The notes below the pieces were generated by a model that was not told where the DNA came from, ran no database searches, and saw nothing but the letters and a program-made list of their open reading frames with translations. A stretch of 64,000 nt of DNA from Hemiscyllium ocellatum (Eukaryota), in assembly GCF_020745735.1 (NCBI RefSeq), contig NC_083442.1:8682576-8746575 (forward strand). The letters run 5' to 3'. The stretch's first letter is position 1; each line of letters starts with the position of its first letter. A program made the translations under genes and the position numbers. This document shows, piece after piece, positions 37,125 to 49,769 of this stretch.

Positions 37125-37733
37125 ATCAAGAAGGAAAGTAAAAGGAGAATGTGTTACTGAATAAAACACGAGTGACAAAAAGAGTTCAGAGGATTCTGAA
37201 TTGGACTTTCCTCAAATTAAAATGGACAATGAGGACGTTCTCAAAATTTGGTCTAAATTATTGAGTTATCTTCCCCAGGAAATCAAAATGACATGAAAGA
37301 GTTATTACTATTGCATGGTGAGATATGTGGGAATAAGCTGGGAAGTACAAATGATATAGATATAGGAAATGCTGTTCCAATTAAGTGATATCCTTATAGA
37401 GTTACGCCAAAGAAAGTTGGTATAGGTTCAAAGACAGCTTGAACGCATGTTCCAAAACAACAGCATTAAAGTGAGTTGTAGCAACTGGAGCTCAGTCATA
37501 GTAATGGTGCCACAGCCAGACGATTGTGTGCAGACTGCAAATTTAATGCAGTTACAGAGTCTGATTCATATCCGATTCCACATTGAGAAAACTGTATTGA
37601 AAAGCTAGAACAACCAACTTATATTTGTAATTTAGACTTGCTCAGAGGATACTGGTAGATACCTTTATCAGAAGGAGTGAAGACAATTTCGGCTTTTGTC
37701 ACAATGAATGGACAATACCAACTTAAAGTCATA

Positions 37734-38690
37734 GAGTCATAGAGATGTACAGCATGAAAACTGACCCTTCTGTCCAACCCATCCATACTAACCAGATATC
37801 CCAACCCAAACTAGTCCCAGCTGACAGCGCCCGGCCCATAACCCTCCAAACCCTTCCTATTTATATACTCATCCAGATGCCTTTTAAATGTTGCAATTAT
37901 ACCAATCTCCACCACTTCCTCTGGCAGCTCATTCCATACACGTACTACCCTCTGTGTGAAAAGGTTGCCCCTTAGGTCTCGTTTGTATCTTTCCCCTCTC
38001 ACCTTCAAACCTATGCCCTCTAGTTCTGGACTCCCCGATCCCAGGGAAAAGACTTTGTCTATTTATCCTATCAATGCCCCTCATGATTTTGTAAACCTCT
38101 ATAACGTCATCCCTCAACCACGAAGCTCCAGAAAAACAGCCTCAGCCTGTTCAGCCTTTCCCCATAGCTCAAATCCTCCAATCCTGGCAACATCCTTGTA
38201 AATCTTTTCTGAATATTTTCAAGTTTCACAACATCTTTCTGATAGGAAGGAGACCAGAATTGTACACAATATTCCAACAGTGGCCTAACCATTGTCCTGT
38301 ACAGCCGCAACATAACTTCCCAAATCCTGTACTCAATACTCTGACCAATAAAAGAAAGCATACCAAACACCTTTTTCATGATCCTATCTACCTGTTACTC
38401 CACTTTCAAGGAGCTGTGAACCTGCACTCCAAAGTCTCTTTGTTCAGTAACACTCCCTTGGACCTTATCATTAAGTGTACAAGTCCTGCTAAGATTTGCT
38501 TTCCCAGAATGCAGCACCTCGCATTTATCTGAATTAAACTCCATCTGCCACATCTCAGCGCATTGGTCCATCTGGTCAAGATCCTATTGTAATCTGAGGT
38601 AACCCTCTTCGCTGTCCACTATACCTCCAAATTTGGTGTCATCTGCAAACTAACTAACTGTACCTCTTATGCTCGCATCTGAATCATTGA
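37734..38690 (-). mobile_element. CR1 insertion splitting the Gypsy RT
   Basis: RT motif aaagtcat|gc is interrupted; insert has a catagagt tail and LRLYRTMVRPLLEYCVQFWSP on the minus strand. Confidence 0.85.
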
Positions 38691-39174
38691 AGTCATGCAA
38701 TTTGGTTTGGAAAATGCGGCAGCCACATTTGAAAGACTAACCAATAAAGTAATTTCTGGGTTATCCAATTGTATGGTGTACATCGACAACCTTGTGATCT
38801 TTTAGTCACACATGGAAGGAACATGTGCAGCATTTATTGGAACTATTTTACTGACTTTGGGAGACAGGCTGGTGATAAACCTGGCTAAGTGTGGATTCGC
38901 CAAAGTCCGAGTCATGTCCCTGGCCAAGTTGTCAGGCATGGATAGATGGCCCCGACCATAACATTGACAAAGACAGGAGGACTATGATTCCTGGGAGTGA
39001 ATGGGTTTACCAGAAGTTTGCACCAAATTGTAGCAATGTGGTTGCTCCACTGACTGACTAATTGAAGAATTGCCGGATATTTTAGTGGACAGTAGAAGGT
39101 CAGGAGGCATTTGACAACCTGAAAGCTGTGTTAGCCATTGCCCCAGTGTTAGCTATGCCTAATTACACAAAACT

Positions 39175-40650
39175 ACTCAGCTCCTGACCTCATTAGAGCC
39201 TTGATCCACATACGGACAAAACAGCTGAATGCTTGAGGTAAGGGGAGAGTGACAGTCCTTAGCATCAAGGCTACATTCGATTGAATGTGGCTTCAAGGAG
39301 CCCTAGGAAAACTGGAATCAATGCATATTGGTTGCAAACTCTCCGACGGTTGGAGTCATACCTGACAATAGGAAGATGGTTGTGGTTGTTAGAGGTTAGT
39401 CACCTCAGGTCCAAGAGTCTCTTAGGTGAGTGTCCTCACCCCAACCATCTTCAATTGCTTCATCAATGCCCTTCCCCTCCATCAGAAAGGGGGATGTTCG
39501 CTGATGATTGCACTATGTTCAGCGCCATTCACGACTACTCAGATACTGGTGTCGTCCATATTCAAATGCTACAAGATTTAGACAATATCCAGGTATGGGC
39601 TGACAAATGGCAAGTAACATTGGTGCCACACAAATGCCAGGCTATTACCATAAAAAAAGACAATCCAACCACCGCCCCTTGGCATTCAATGGTATTACCA
39701 TCACTGAATCCCATAATATCAACATCCTGGGGGTAATCATTGACCAGAAACTCAACTGCACTTACCACAAACACAGCTACAAGAGCAGGTCAGAAGCTAG
39801 AAATACTGCAGCGAGTAATACTGCAGCCAGTCCACCATCTACAATGCACAAGTCGGAAGTGTGATGGAATACTCCCAACTTGCCTGGATGGGTGCAGCCC
39901 CATCAACACTCAAGAAGCTTGACACCATCCAGGACAAAGCAGCCCACTTGATTGGCACCACATCCACAAGCGTCTACTTCCTCCACCACACATACTCAGT
40001 GCACACTGCTGTTGCTACTATCTACAAGATGCACTGCAGAAATTTTCAAAAGATCCTCAGACAGCACCTTCCAAACTCACAACCACTTCCATCTAGAAGG
40101 ACAAGGGCATCAGATATATGGGAACTCCACCACCTCCAGTTCCCTTCCAAGTCAGTGACACAGTGGTCAGCACTGCTGCCTCACAGCGCCAGAGACCCTG
40201 GTTCAATTCCCGTCTCAGGCAACTGTGTGTGGAGTTTGCACATTCCCCCCATGTCTGTTTGGGTTTCCTCCGGGTGCTCCGGTTTCCTCCAACAGTCCAA
40301 AAACGTGCAGGTTAGGTGAATTGGCCATGCTAAATTGCCCGTAGTGTTAGGTGAAGGGGTAAATGTAGAGGAATGGGTCAGGGTGGGTTGCTCTTCAGAG
40401 GGTTGGTGTGGACTTGTTGGGCCGAAGGGCCTGTTTCCACACTAAGGAATCTAATCTAAAAAAAAGTCATGCACTATCCTGACTTGGAAATATATCGCCT
40501 TCACTTTTGCTGGGTCAAAGTCCTGGAATTCCCTCCCTAATGGCATTGGGAGTTAACAGCAGGTGGACCACAGCAGTTCAAGAAGGCAGCTCATCACCAC
40601 CTTCTCAAGGGCAATAAATGCTGGCCAGCTAGCGACACCCACAACCCATA
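39175..40650 (+). mobile_element. CR1/L2-group LINE 3' part with nested V-SINE
   Basis: MFADDCTMF...WADKWQVT RT motifs; SINE at 40155-40463 is flanked by a 6-bp TSD aagtca. Confidence 0.8.
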
Positions 40651-40785
40651 AAATGAATAAAAGAAAACAGTTCATTGTATGTGTGAGAAAGAGAGAGAGA
40701 GAGAGAGAGAGAGACCATGCACACATATGTGTGTGTATGTGTGTGTCAAGTGGTCAGGGAGAATGGGGGGTGGTGGGTGTGGTGG

Positions 40786-41330
40786 TGTGAGGATGCTGTC
40801 ACTTTAACAAGGTTATTTTGTCCTGTTTTTTTTGAAGAGAGGTTGTAAAGGCAGAGGTGCCAAAAAGAGTCTAGAATGCCTTCAGATTTTTCTTAAAAAC
40901 AGTTTAACAATAGAAAAGGAGTGGCCAGTTCTCCAGTTCAGGTTCTTCTAGTTTTGGTTAAGCTGCAGCAATATGAAGATGTTTTGAGTATCAGAAGGTT
41001 GCAAGCTTCAGTAAATTATTCCAAACTGACCACTCGGACATTTCTCTGGATGTTGTTTCCTCCTGCTTATAAGAATACGAGTTTGAATTTACCTTTTTAC
41101 TGAGGGATGTGTTCATGAGGTGTTACAACATTGGAACAGGATATGAGTAAGTTACTGTATCAAGTAGTCGGTTATGTTTTCCAATCATTGTTATTCCAAT
41201 TGCAACTTTCTTTTGTTTGTGTTTCAACCGTAGTGTTTAAATAAATTCTGTTTGGTTAAAGCTGAATGGTGTAACCAGTTGCATCATACCTAGAACATTC
41301 ATGTCACATCTGCCTTTAAACAAAGAAAAC
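40786..41330. mobile_element. LTR fragment related to 36517-37124
   Basis: Starts tgtgaggatgctgtcactttaacaag vs tgtgacaatgctgttcctttaacaag; truncated by CR1. Confidence 0.5.
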
Positions 41331-44130
41331 CTTATTTACCCTAACTGTGCCCCTCATGATTTTACAAACCTTTATAAGGTCACCCCTCAGCTACCAACGC
41401 TCCAAGGAAACCAGCCACAGCTTCTTCGGTCTCTCCTTGTCGCTCAAACCCTCCAACCCTGGCAACATCCTTGTAAATCTATTCCGAACCCTTTCAAGTT
41501 TCGCAACAGCCTTCCTTTAGGAGGGAGACCAGCATTGCATGCAATATTCCAAAGGTGGTCTAACCAGTGCCCTGTATAGCCGCAACATGACCTCCTAACT
41601 CCTATACTCAATGCTCTGACCAATAAATGCAAGCATACTCAATCCCTCTTCACTATCCTGTCTTCCTGAGACTCCACTTCCAAGGAACTGTAAACCTGCA
41701 CTCCAAGGTCTCTGATCAACAACATTCCCCAGGACCATACCATGAAGTGCGTAAGTCCAACCCTGCTTTGCGTTTCCAAAATGCAGCACCTTGCATTTAT
41801 CTAAACTGAACTCCATCGACCAACCTTTGGTCCATCTGATCAAGATCCTGTTGTACTCTGCGGTAACCTTCTTCGCTGTCCACCACACCTACAATTTTGG
41901 TATCTTCTGCAAATTTGTTGCATATACCTTCTATGTTCACATCCAAATCTTACATATAAATGATAAAAAGCAGCAAACCCAGCACCGATCCTTGTGGCAC
42001 TCCACTGGACACAGACCTCCAGTCTGAAAAACACCCTCCACCATCACCCTCTGTCTTCTGCCTTCAAGCCAGTTCTGCATCCAAGTGGCTAGTTTTCCCT
42101 GTATACCATGAAATCTAACCTTGCTAACCAGTCTCCCATGAGTAACTTTGTTGAATGCCATACTTAGGTTCATATAAATCACATCCATTGCTCTGCCTCA
42201 CTCATTCTCTTCGTTACTTATTCAAGAAACTCAATCAAGTTTGTGAGACATGATTTGCCACGCATAAAGCAATGCTGACTATCCCTAATCAGTCTTCGCC
42301 TTTCCAAATACATGTATATCCTGCCCCTCAGGATTCCCTCCAACTGCAACATGCCCACCAATCATGTCAGGCTCACTGGGCTATAGTTCTCTGGCTTTCC
42401 ATACCACCTTTCTTAAACAGTGGCACCATGTTAGCCAACCTGCTGTCTTCCAGCATCTCACCTGTGACTATCGATGATACAAATATCTCAGCAATGGGCC
42501 CAGCAATCACTTCCCGAGCTTCCTCCAGAGTTCCAAGGGTACACCGTGTCAGGTCCTGAGGATTTAAGACATCCAGCACCTCCTGCTCTGTAATCTGGAC
42601 ATTTTTGAAGATGTCACTATCTATTTCCCCACATTCTATATCTTCCATGTCCTTCTCCAAAGTAAACATTGATGCAAATATTCCTTTAGTATCTGCCCCA
42701 TCTCTTGCGGTTCGACACATTGGCTGCCTTGCTGATCCTTGAAGGGCCCTATTGTCTCCTTAGTTACCCCTTTATCCTTAATGTATTTGGAGAATCATTT
42801 TGGATTCTCCTTAACCCCGTTTTTGCCTTCTTGATTTCCCTGTTAAGTATACTCCTACTTCCTTTATACTCTAAGGATTCACTCGATCTATTCTGTCTAT
42901 ACCTGTAATATGCTTCCTTCTTTTTCTTGACCAAACCTTCAACTTCTCTAGGTATCCAGCATTCCTCACATCTACCAGCCTTGCCTTTCACCCCAACAGG
43001 GTGAAACCCCACACTATCTCATTATCTCATTTTTGAAGGCTTCTCATTTTCCAGCCATCACTTTACCTGCAAACATCCGCACCCAATTACCTTTTCAAAG
43101 TTTTTGCCTAACACTGACAAAATTGTCCTTTATCCAATTTAGAATTTTAACAGTTAGATCCTGGCTATCCTTTTCCATCACTATTTTAAAACGAATAGAA
43201 TTATGGTTGCCGGCCCCAAAGTGCTCCCCCACTGAAAGCTCACTCACCTGCCCTGCCTTATTTCCCAAGAGTAGGTCAAGTTTTGCACCTTCTGTAGGAG
43301 ATACATCCACATACTGAATCAGAAATTTTTCTTGTACACACTTAACAAATTCCTCTCTATCTAAACCCTTAACACTATGCCAGTCCCAGTCTACAGTTAG
43401 AAATTTAAAATCCCCTAACATAACCACCCTATTATTCTTACAGATAACTGAGATCTCCTAACAAATTTGTTTCTCAATTTCCTGCTGACTATGTGGAGCT
43501 CTATAGTACAATCCCAAAAAGGTAATAATCCTCTTATTTCTTACTTCCACCCAAATGACTTCCCGGATGTATCCCAGGAATATCCTCCCTCAGTACAGCT
43601 GTAATGCTATCTCTTAACAAAAATGGCACACCGGCTCCTGTCTTGCTTCCCTTTCTATCCTTCCTGTTGCATTTGTATCCGGGAACATTAAACTACCCAT
43701 CCCTGAGCCATGATTCTGTAATTGCTCTGATATCCCAGTCCCATGTTCCTAACCATGCCCTGAGTTCATCTGCCTTCCCTGTTAGGCCTCTTGCATTGAA
43801 GTAAATGCAGGTTGACTTATCAGTCCTACCTTGTTCGCTGCTTTGTCCCGGCCTGCCCTGACTCTTCCCAACTGTACCAGTCTCAGATTAATCTCTTTCA
43901 TCACTATCCCCCGGGTCCTACCACCACCCTCCCCTCCCCCACCCCCACCACCTCCCCAACTTGGTACTTTCAATCCTCCCAAGCAGCTGCAGCAATCTCC
44001 CTGCCAGTATATTAGTCCCCTTCCAATTCAGGTGCAATACATCCTTCTTGTATAGGTCACTTCGACCAGAGAAGAGCTTCCAATTATCTAAAATGTGAAT
44101 CCTTCTCCCATACACCAGCTCCACAGCTAC
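41330..44130 (-). mobile_element. Long CR1 remnant (APE endonuclease and RT)
   Basis: ORF 43095-43427 GDF....DWD...LDLLLGN...NHNSI.F; DVIYMNLSMAFNKVTHGRL.SK RT motif. Confidence 0.85.
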
Positions 44131-44935
44131 ACGTTCATCTTGGACACTGCCCTTCCTCCCCTTCCTGGACCTCTCCATCTCCATCAACAGCGACCGACTC
44201 AACACTGACATTTTCTACAAACCCACCTGCTCCCACAGCTAAACAAAGACAGAACCCCCTGGTCTTCACCTTCCATCCCACCAACCTCCAGATACATTTC
44301 ATCATCCTCTGCCATTTCCGCCCTACAATGGACCCGAGAACCAGAGATATATTTCCCTCCACATGCTTGTCTGCTTTCTGTAAAGATCATTTCCTCCACA
44401 ACTCCCTTGTCAGGTCCACACCCCACCAACCCACCAACGCACCAACCCACCCTCCCCTCTCGGCACCTTACTCTGCCACTGTAGGAATAGCAATACCTGT
44501 CCCACAATTCCCTCTCACTTCCGTCAAATGCCCCGAAGTAGCTTTGCACATCCATCAGAGCTTTAGCTGCACTTCCACACGTCATTTACTGTATCAGTTG
44601 CTCCCCATGCAGTCACCTCTACATCAGGGATACAGGATGCCTACTTACTGAGCGCTTCAGAGAACATCTCCAGGACACCCGGACCAACCAACCCCCCTCC
44701 CCCGCCCCCCCCAAACGTGTGGCTGAAAACCTCACCTCCCCCTCTCATTCTGCTGAGGACATGCAGGTCCTGGGCCTCCTCTATCATGAGGTCAGTGCCG
44801 GTTTGGAAGGTTGGGGCTGGGTTTGGGAGGAGAGGAGAAGTGAGGAAACTGGTGAAATCCACATTGATAGCGTGTGTTTGCAGTGTCCCAAGGCAGAATG
44901 TGAGGCGTTCTTTCTCCAGGCCTTGGGTGGTTAGG
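44130..44935 (+). mobile_element. Penelope-like remnant
   Basis: DPRTRDIFPSTCLSAFCKDHFL.NSLVRS, homologous to ORF 50418-50978. Confidence 0.8.
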
Positions 44936-45240
44936 GTCTCACCAGCTATTCATTAAGATACTGAAACTTGACTGTCCTCCAGTCCATTTCTGGAGTTCTT
45001 ACTCTCTGAACCTTTAACCTTCAGGAGGGCTGGCGGTGAAATGCCACAGTGGGGGTGAACCCTTCAAAAAGAATCTAACTTGCATCAGAGATGTTAAAAT
45101 GGCTCAAGGTATCTAATACAAAGCTAATTTATTTGACTTTTAACCAAAATATCAAACCTGTCTCACACAGATTAATTAACCTGAGCAGAAACAGACTCAG
45201 TGAACATGGCTTGGGCCTGGATGTGGTGAACAGCACAATC

Positions 45241-46190
45241 TCATTGCTGTAGTTCCTTATGAACACGTTGGTGTCTCAGCAGGTTGAATGAATGAGCAAA
45301 CCCTTCTTTCACACGGAGCAGGTGAATAGCCTCTCCTTGGTGTGAACTCACTGATGTTTGATGTCAGATGATTGAGTGAATCTGGTCCTACAGTGAGAGC
45401 ACCAGAAAGGTTTCTCATCATTGTGAACATGTTGATGTGACATCAGTTCCCTGGAACTTTTAAAGCACTTCCCACAGTCTGGACATTTAAAAGGCCTGGT
45501 CTCAGTGTGAATTCACTGGCCTCCCAGTAGGGCAGAAGAGTGAGCAAGTCGCTCCCTAAACACAGTGCAACGAAATGATCTCACCCCTGTGTGAACTCAC
45601 CGGGGTTTCTGAACATAAGATAAGGTACCGAATGCCTTCTCACTCAGCTCAGGGGAACAGTCTGAGGTTGCTGATATATCTGCAGCTGGAGAACTGAATG
45701 AATGCCTTGCCACAGTCAGAGCAGGTTCTCAGCCTCTACACAGTGTGATCTCACTGGTGTGTAGTGAGTTGAAATGATTGTCTGAAATTAATGCCGCAGA
45801 GAGAGCACTTGAATGGTCTGTCCTCCAGGGAGGTCCCCACCCCCTCTCTGGCCTATCATCCTCGCCTTGTCCTCCTTCCAACTATCGCATTCCCAATGCC
45901 CCCCTCCCCCAAGTCCCTCCTCCCAACCTTTTATCTTCGCTTACTTGGCACACCTTCCTCAGTCCTGAAGAAGGGCTTATGCCCGAAACGTCGATTCTCC
46001 TGCTCCTTGGATGCTGCCTGACCTGCTGTGCTTTTCCAGCAACACATTTTCAGCTCTGATCTGCAGTCCTCACTTTCTCCTAGTTGATTTTCTCCTTCCA
46101 AGTTCAGATTCCAACAATATTCCGATCATTAAAAAAAAATCAATCTTTCAGATTCTGTTTCCTGACCACTGACTGTCCCCTTCACATACT
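45241..46190 (-). pseudogene. C2H2 zinc-finger gene (tandem TGEKP-type), disrupted
   Basis: Minus strand [40 protein letters not shown]...HQ*VHTKERLFTCSV*KKGF...LLRHQRVHK; internal stops; Penelope insert at ~45810-46082; acceptor ggtttcacAG at 46192-46191. Confidence 0.75.
45961..45996 (+). ncRNA. Minimal hammerhead ribozyme motif at a Penelope end
   Basis: agtc-CTGAAGA-A-GGGC(ttat)GCCC-GAAA-CGTC-gatt with a 4-bp stem I. Confidence 0.65.
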
Positions 46191-46299
46191 CTGTGAAACC
46201 AATTAAAGAGAAGGAAAGGGAGTGATAGAAGACCACAATCTGACTGAATGGTCATCCCTGAGACCAGGCAGCAGAATGAAGTTCTAGGATATTCCTGAA

Positions 46300-46640
46300 G
46301 AGGGCGGTCGATGTCAACACCAGTGCGCAGGCGCTGAGCTGCACAAGGTGGAGCATGCGCATGTTGACTGAAGGCCCTTTTGCCTCCACCGGGGAATGGC
46401 GGAAAGGGGGTGATCCCGGAGAAATATTGGAGCCAGCGGTGGGGGAGGTGGTGCGATCCGTCTCGTTAATATCCGGTAAAGGCCCCGCGTACCGAATAAG
46501 AATTAGCAACTCCCGCGATTTCAGCCTTGAGTCTAATTCACGGAACAGGGCCAAGGCTGTGGCGGCCATGTTGTTTGGGGCGAGACGCATGCGCCGTTAT
46601 CCTGGTGACGTACAGTGAGTGGGCGGGGTCTCCTGTCCCA
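46300..46640. promoter_or_regulatory. CpG-rich, probably bidirectional promoter
   Basis: High CpG density; NRF1-like TGCGCAGGCGC (46324), GCATGCGCATG (46353) and ACGCATGCGC (46585); YY1-like GGCGGCCATGTT (46561); CRE-like TGACGTA (46606); GC box (46620); donor GTGAGT (46615). Confidence 0.6.
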
Positions 46641-46939
46641 GTGACAGATGGTAGAGATGGAGATGGAGATGAGGATAAGGGGGAGGAGCTGACCCAGGGA
46701 GGAGGGAGATCCTGGGGGGAGGGGGAACTGAGGGACTGACCCTGGGAGGAGGGAGATCCTGGGGAGAAGGTGATGTGGGACTGAGGGACTGACCCAGGGC
46801 GGAGGGAGACTGACATTCACAGCTCTGGGGGGAGGGGGAGGGGGAAACAGGACAGGGGCAAATAATTCACCAATACTGGAAATGGTCTGAACCTCTCTCC
46901 TGTACTGACAGTGATCACTCTTATAAACTTCTTTTACAG

Positions 46940-49050
46940 GGGATCAGGAGAGGGCTAGAGAAAGGAAACTCAAAACAAACTAAAAACAGTCAAAATCTGA
47001 TACAACACAATTAATCAGGAACTGATTGCTATCGGTCTTTGAACGAGGAAGGAGAAGTGTTACAACCAGATGCACAGCCTAGATAAAGCTTTGCACCATT
47101 CGCAGCAGACAGGAACTAGCCTTCATAGAGTTACAAACTTTGAGTTACAGAGATCTACAGCACAGAAAATGGTCCTTCAGCACACTGAGTTTGTGCCAGT
47201 CAAAAACAACCACCTAACTATTCTAATCCCTTTTTCCAGCACTTGGCCCATAGCCTAGTATGCCCTGGTACTGGAAGGATACATCTAAACACATTGCTAT
47301 GACACGACAATGGGCCCTTCTGCAATTTAAAACAAACTCACAGAAAAACTCACCTCGCCTTGTAATCTGTTAAAGTACGAGTGACAGAGGACTCCCGATT
47401 TCCACTATTTAAAGAAAAATATCAATTTTATTCTTTAACTCTTAAAAGTGGACATTAAACAGCAACTACTGTATTTACAACTCTAAACATCTTCCCTCTT
47501 AAAGGTCTGATTTCTATGTCCAACTCTACAACAATATACTGATCCAATAAACTCCTAATTAAAATTTGCAGCATCTTAATTTTCAAAACCAGACAGTGGC
47601 TGTCGTCTCTGGTGTCGATCATCCACTGTTTATGGATCTCCCTGGTCGTCTTCGGACTTCTGCAAAGATGAAAAAGGTATCTTTGATCAAGAGTGTTTTG
47701 GATGGCAGTCAAAATGCTGGCTTTTTATATCCCAAATATCACAGGTTCTAAGTTGTCAAAACAGTAAAATTCAAATTTGCTTGGTTTAGTATGCTGGGGC
47801 ATAATTTAACTGATTGGTTAAACTCAGTAGTCAAACTGAGATATCTAGTTTGCTGCCAAATGTTACATATTTTCAATTTTCCAGTACACTCAGAGACTGC
47901 TAGTCAATCACACGACAGTTGCTCTCACTCCCAAAGTAGCTTTCACTCTCCCTTAAAGGTACAGTAGATGCCTTCAACTTCATAACAACATCTTAAATAT
48001 TTGGAGGTTTTCTCCTTCTGTCACACTTTCAGACAGTGAGTCACTGCTTCCCACCACCCTGCGGCTATGTTTATGTGTGGGCAAGGCTTGAACTGGTCAC
48101 TTAACCTGGAGACAAACAACAACAGTACCACAGGGAAATCATGTAAACATGGGGATTGTGGAGAGGCATTCAAATACTCATTCCTGCTGGAAATTCATCC
48201 ACAGAATCATACTGGAGAGAAGCCATTCTCCCGCATCCAGTGTGGGAAAGGATTCACTCAGTCAACATCTCTGCTGACACACCAGCTAAACTGTCACAGC
48301 TATTGATCCATCAGCATGTTCAAACTGGGGAAAGAACATATTTAATTTTTTTAAAAATCTGCCATGTGTGTGAGAAAGGATTCATTAATACCTTCTGACC
48401 CATCAGTGAATTCAAACTGTGTCGAGCTGAAAAATGTGTTGCTGGAAAAGCGCAGCAGGTCAGGCAGCATCCAACGAGCAGGAGAATCGAGTTTCGGGCA
48501 TAAGCCCTTCTTCAGAAATGAGGAGGGTGTGCCAAGCAGGTTAAGATAAAAGGTAGCGAGGAGGGACTTGGGGGGAGGGGTGTTGGGAATGCGATAGGTG
48601 GAAGAAGGTTAAGGTGAGGGTGATAGGCTGGAGAGGGGGTGTGGGCGGAGCGGTCGGGAAGAAGATTGCAGGTCAATAAGGCGGGGCTGAGTCCGAGGAT
48701 TGGGTCTGAGATAAGGTGGGGGGAGGGGAAATGAGAAAGCTAGAGAAATTTGCATTCATCCCTTGTGGTTGGAGGGTTCCTAGGCAGAATATGAGGCGCT
48801 CTTCCTCCAGGCGTCGTGTTGCCATGGTCTGGCGATGGAAGAGTGGGAGGAAGAGTTAAAGTGTTTAGCCACGTAGTGTTCACATTATGTCGAGGCCATT
48901 CGCCTACCCTGTATCAGAGAAAGGATTCACAACTTCATCCAACTTTCTGACACATCAGCAGATTCACATCTGAGAGTGACCTCTTCAACCTGTGCAAGTG
49001 GATTTAGTCAGCTCACACACCAGCAAGTCCACATGGGACTGCAGAGGATG
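46940..49050 (+). pseudogene. C2H2 zinc-finger gene, disrupted by nested insertions
   Basis: Acceptor ttcttttacAG (46938-46939); 48067-48306 gives ...CGEAF...LEIH..HTGEKPF...CGKGFTQSTSLLTHQ; further degenerate fingers at 48880-49050; split by CR1/LTR (47110-48060) and Penelope (48420-48870). Confidence 0.7.
47295..47987. mobile_element. Solo LTR (693 bp) with 4-bp TSD
   Basis: TGCTATGA...TCATAACA termini flanked by ACAT at 47291-47294 and 47988-47991. Confidence 0.85.
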
Positions 49051-49769
49051 GAATATTCCATAATTCCTATTGCTCGTGACATCCAGCACTGAATCAGGTA
49101 TGTTCTTTCGGACAGTTAGGGTTTGTTTCTGCTGATGTTACTTCCATATCACTAGAGTAGAGTTGAATATTCTTGTCATTGTAGCTGACTGTGTTCTTCA
49201 GGGTAGAGTGTCCCTTTAAAGACAGCTATCTAAGACCATTTTACCAAATTAAAAAAAAACTCAGCAAATTATTTTACAACTAATATTGAATTTCTGCTTC
49301 AAATGGAACTTGCTCCCTGGTAAACGAAATGAAATTTGATGTCTGAAAGGTTACCTTGGGATTGAAATCTCCAGTAAGAAAGTGTTGATGAATCCTTGCT
49401 GACAATTCTTACTGACTTTAACATTCCACACAGTGGCTCATCTTTTCCAATTGGGAAGAATATGAAGAGAAATCAAAGTTTACATCAGACCCAAGGATAT
49501 TGGTGGCGCTGATTGTGAGGCTGGTACAATTCAGACAAGATTGAGATTGGTTTCAGTTACTGTGGGGCTTGTTTATATCAAACGGGGAGATTGGTGTGAG
49601 TGACTGTGGAATTGGTTTATATCAGACAGGAGGAGGTTGGTGTCAGTGATTGTGGAGTTGGTTTAGATCAGACTGGGTGAAAGCCTTTTTCCTTCATTAC
49701 TCAGACCTATGAGTATAGTATTTGAGACATCATGCTGAGATTGTGCAGGCCTCTTCTGCAATACTGTAG

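Larger units (their letters stand above)
35050..39170 (+). mobile_element. Decayed Gmr1-type Ty3/Gypsy LTR retrotransposon pol (INT-RT-RH order)
   Basis: Integrase: GHFGKIK...EHFYWPRL...CHTC, ID*VGPL.KTKSGN, GVLERWH, HVNMLKRYFD (35470-36516). RT follows: DIDIGNAVPIK, SNWSS, KLDLLRGYWQI.LSE..KTISAFVT (37340-37733) and KVMQFGL.NAAATF...VYIDN (38690 on). Many stops and frameshifts. Confidence 0.8.
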
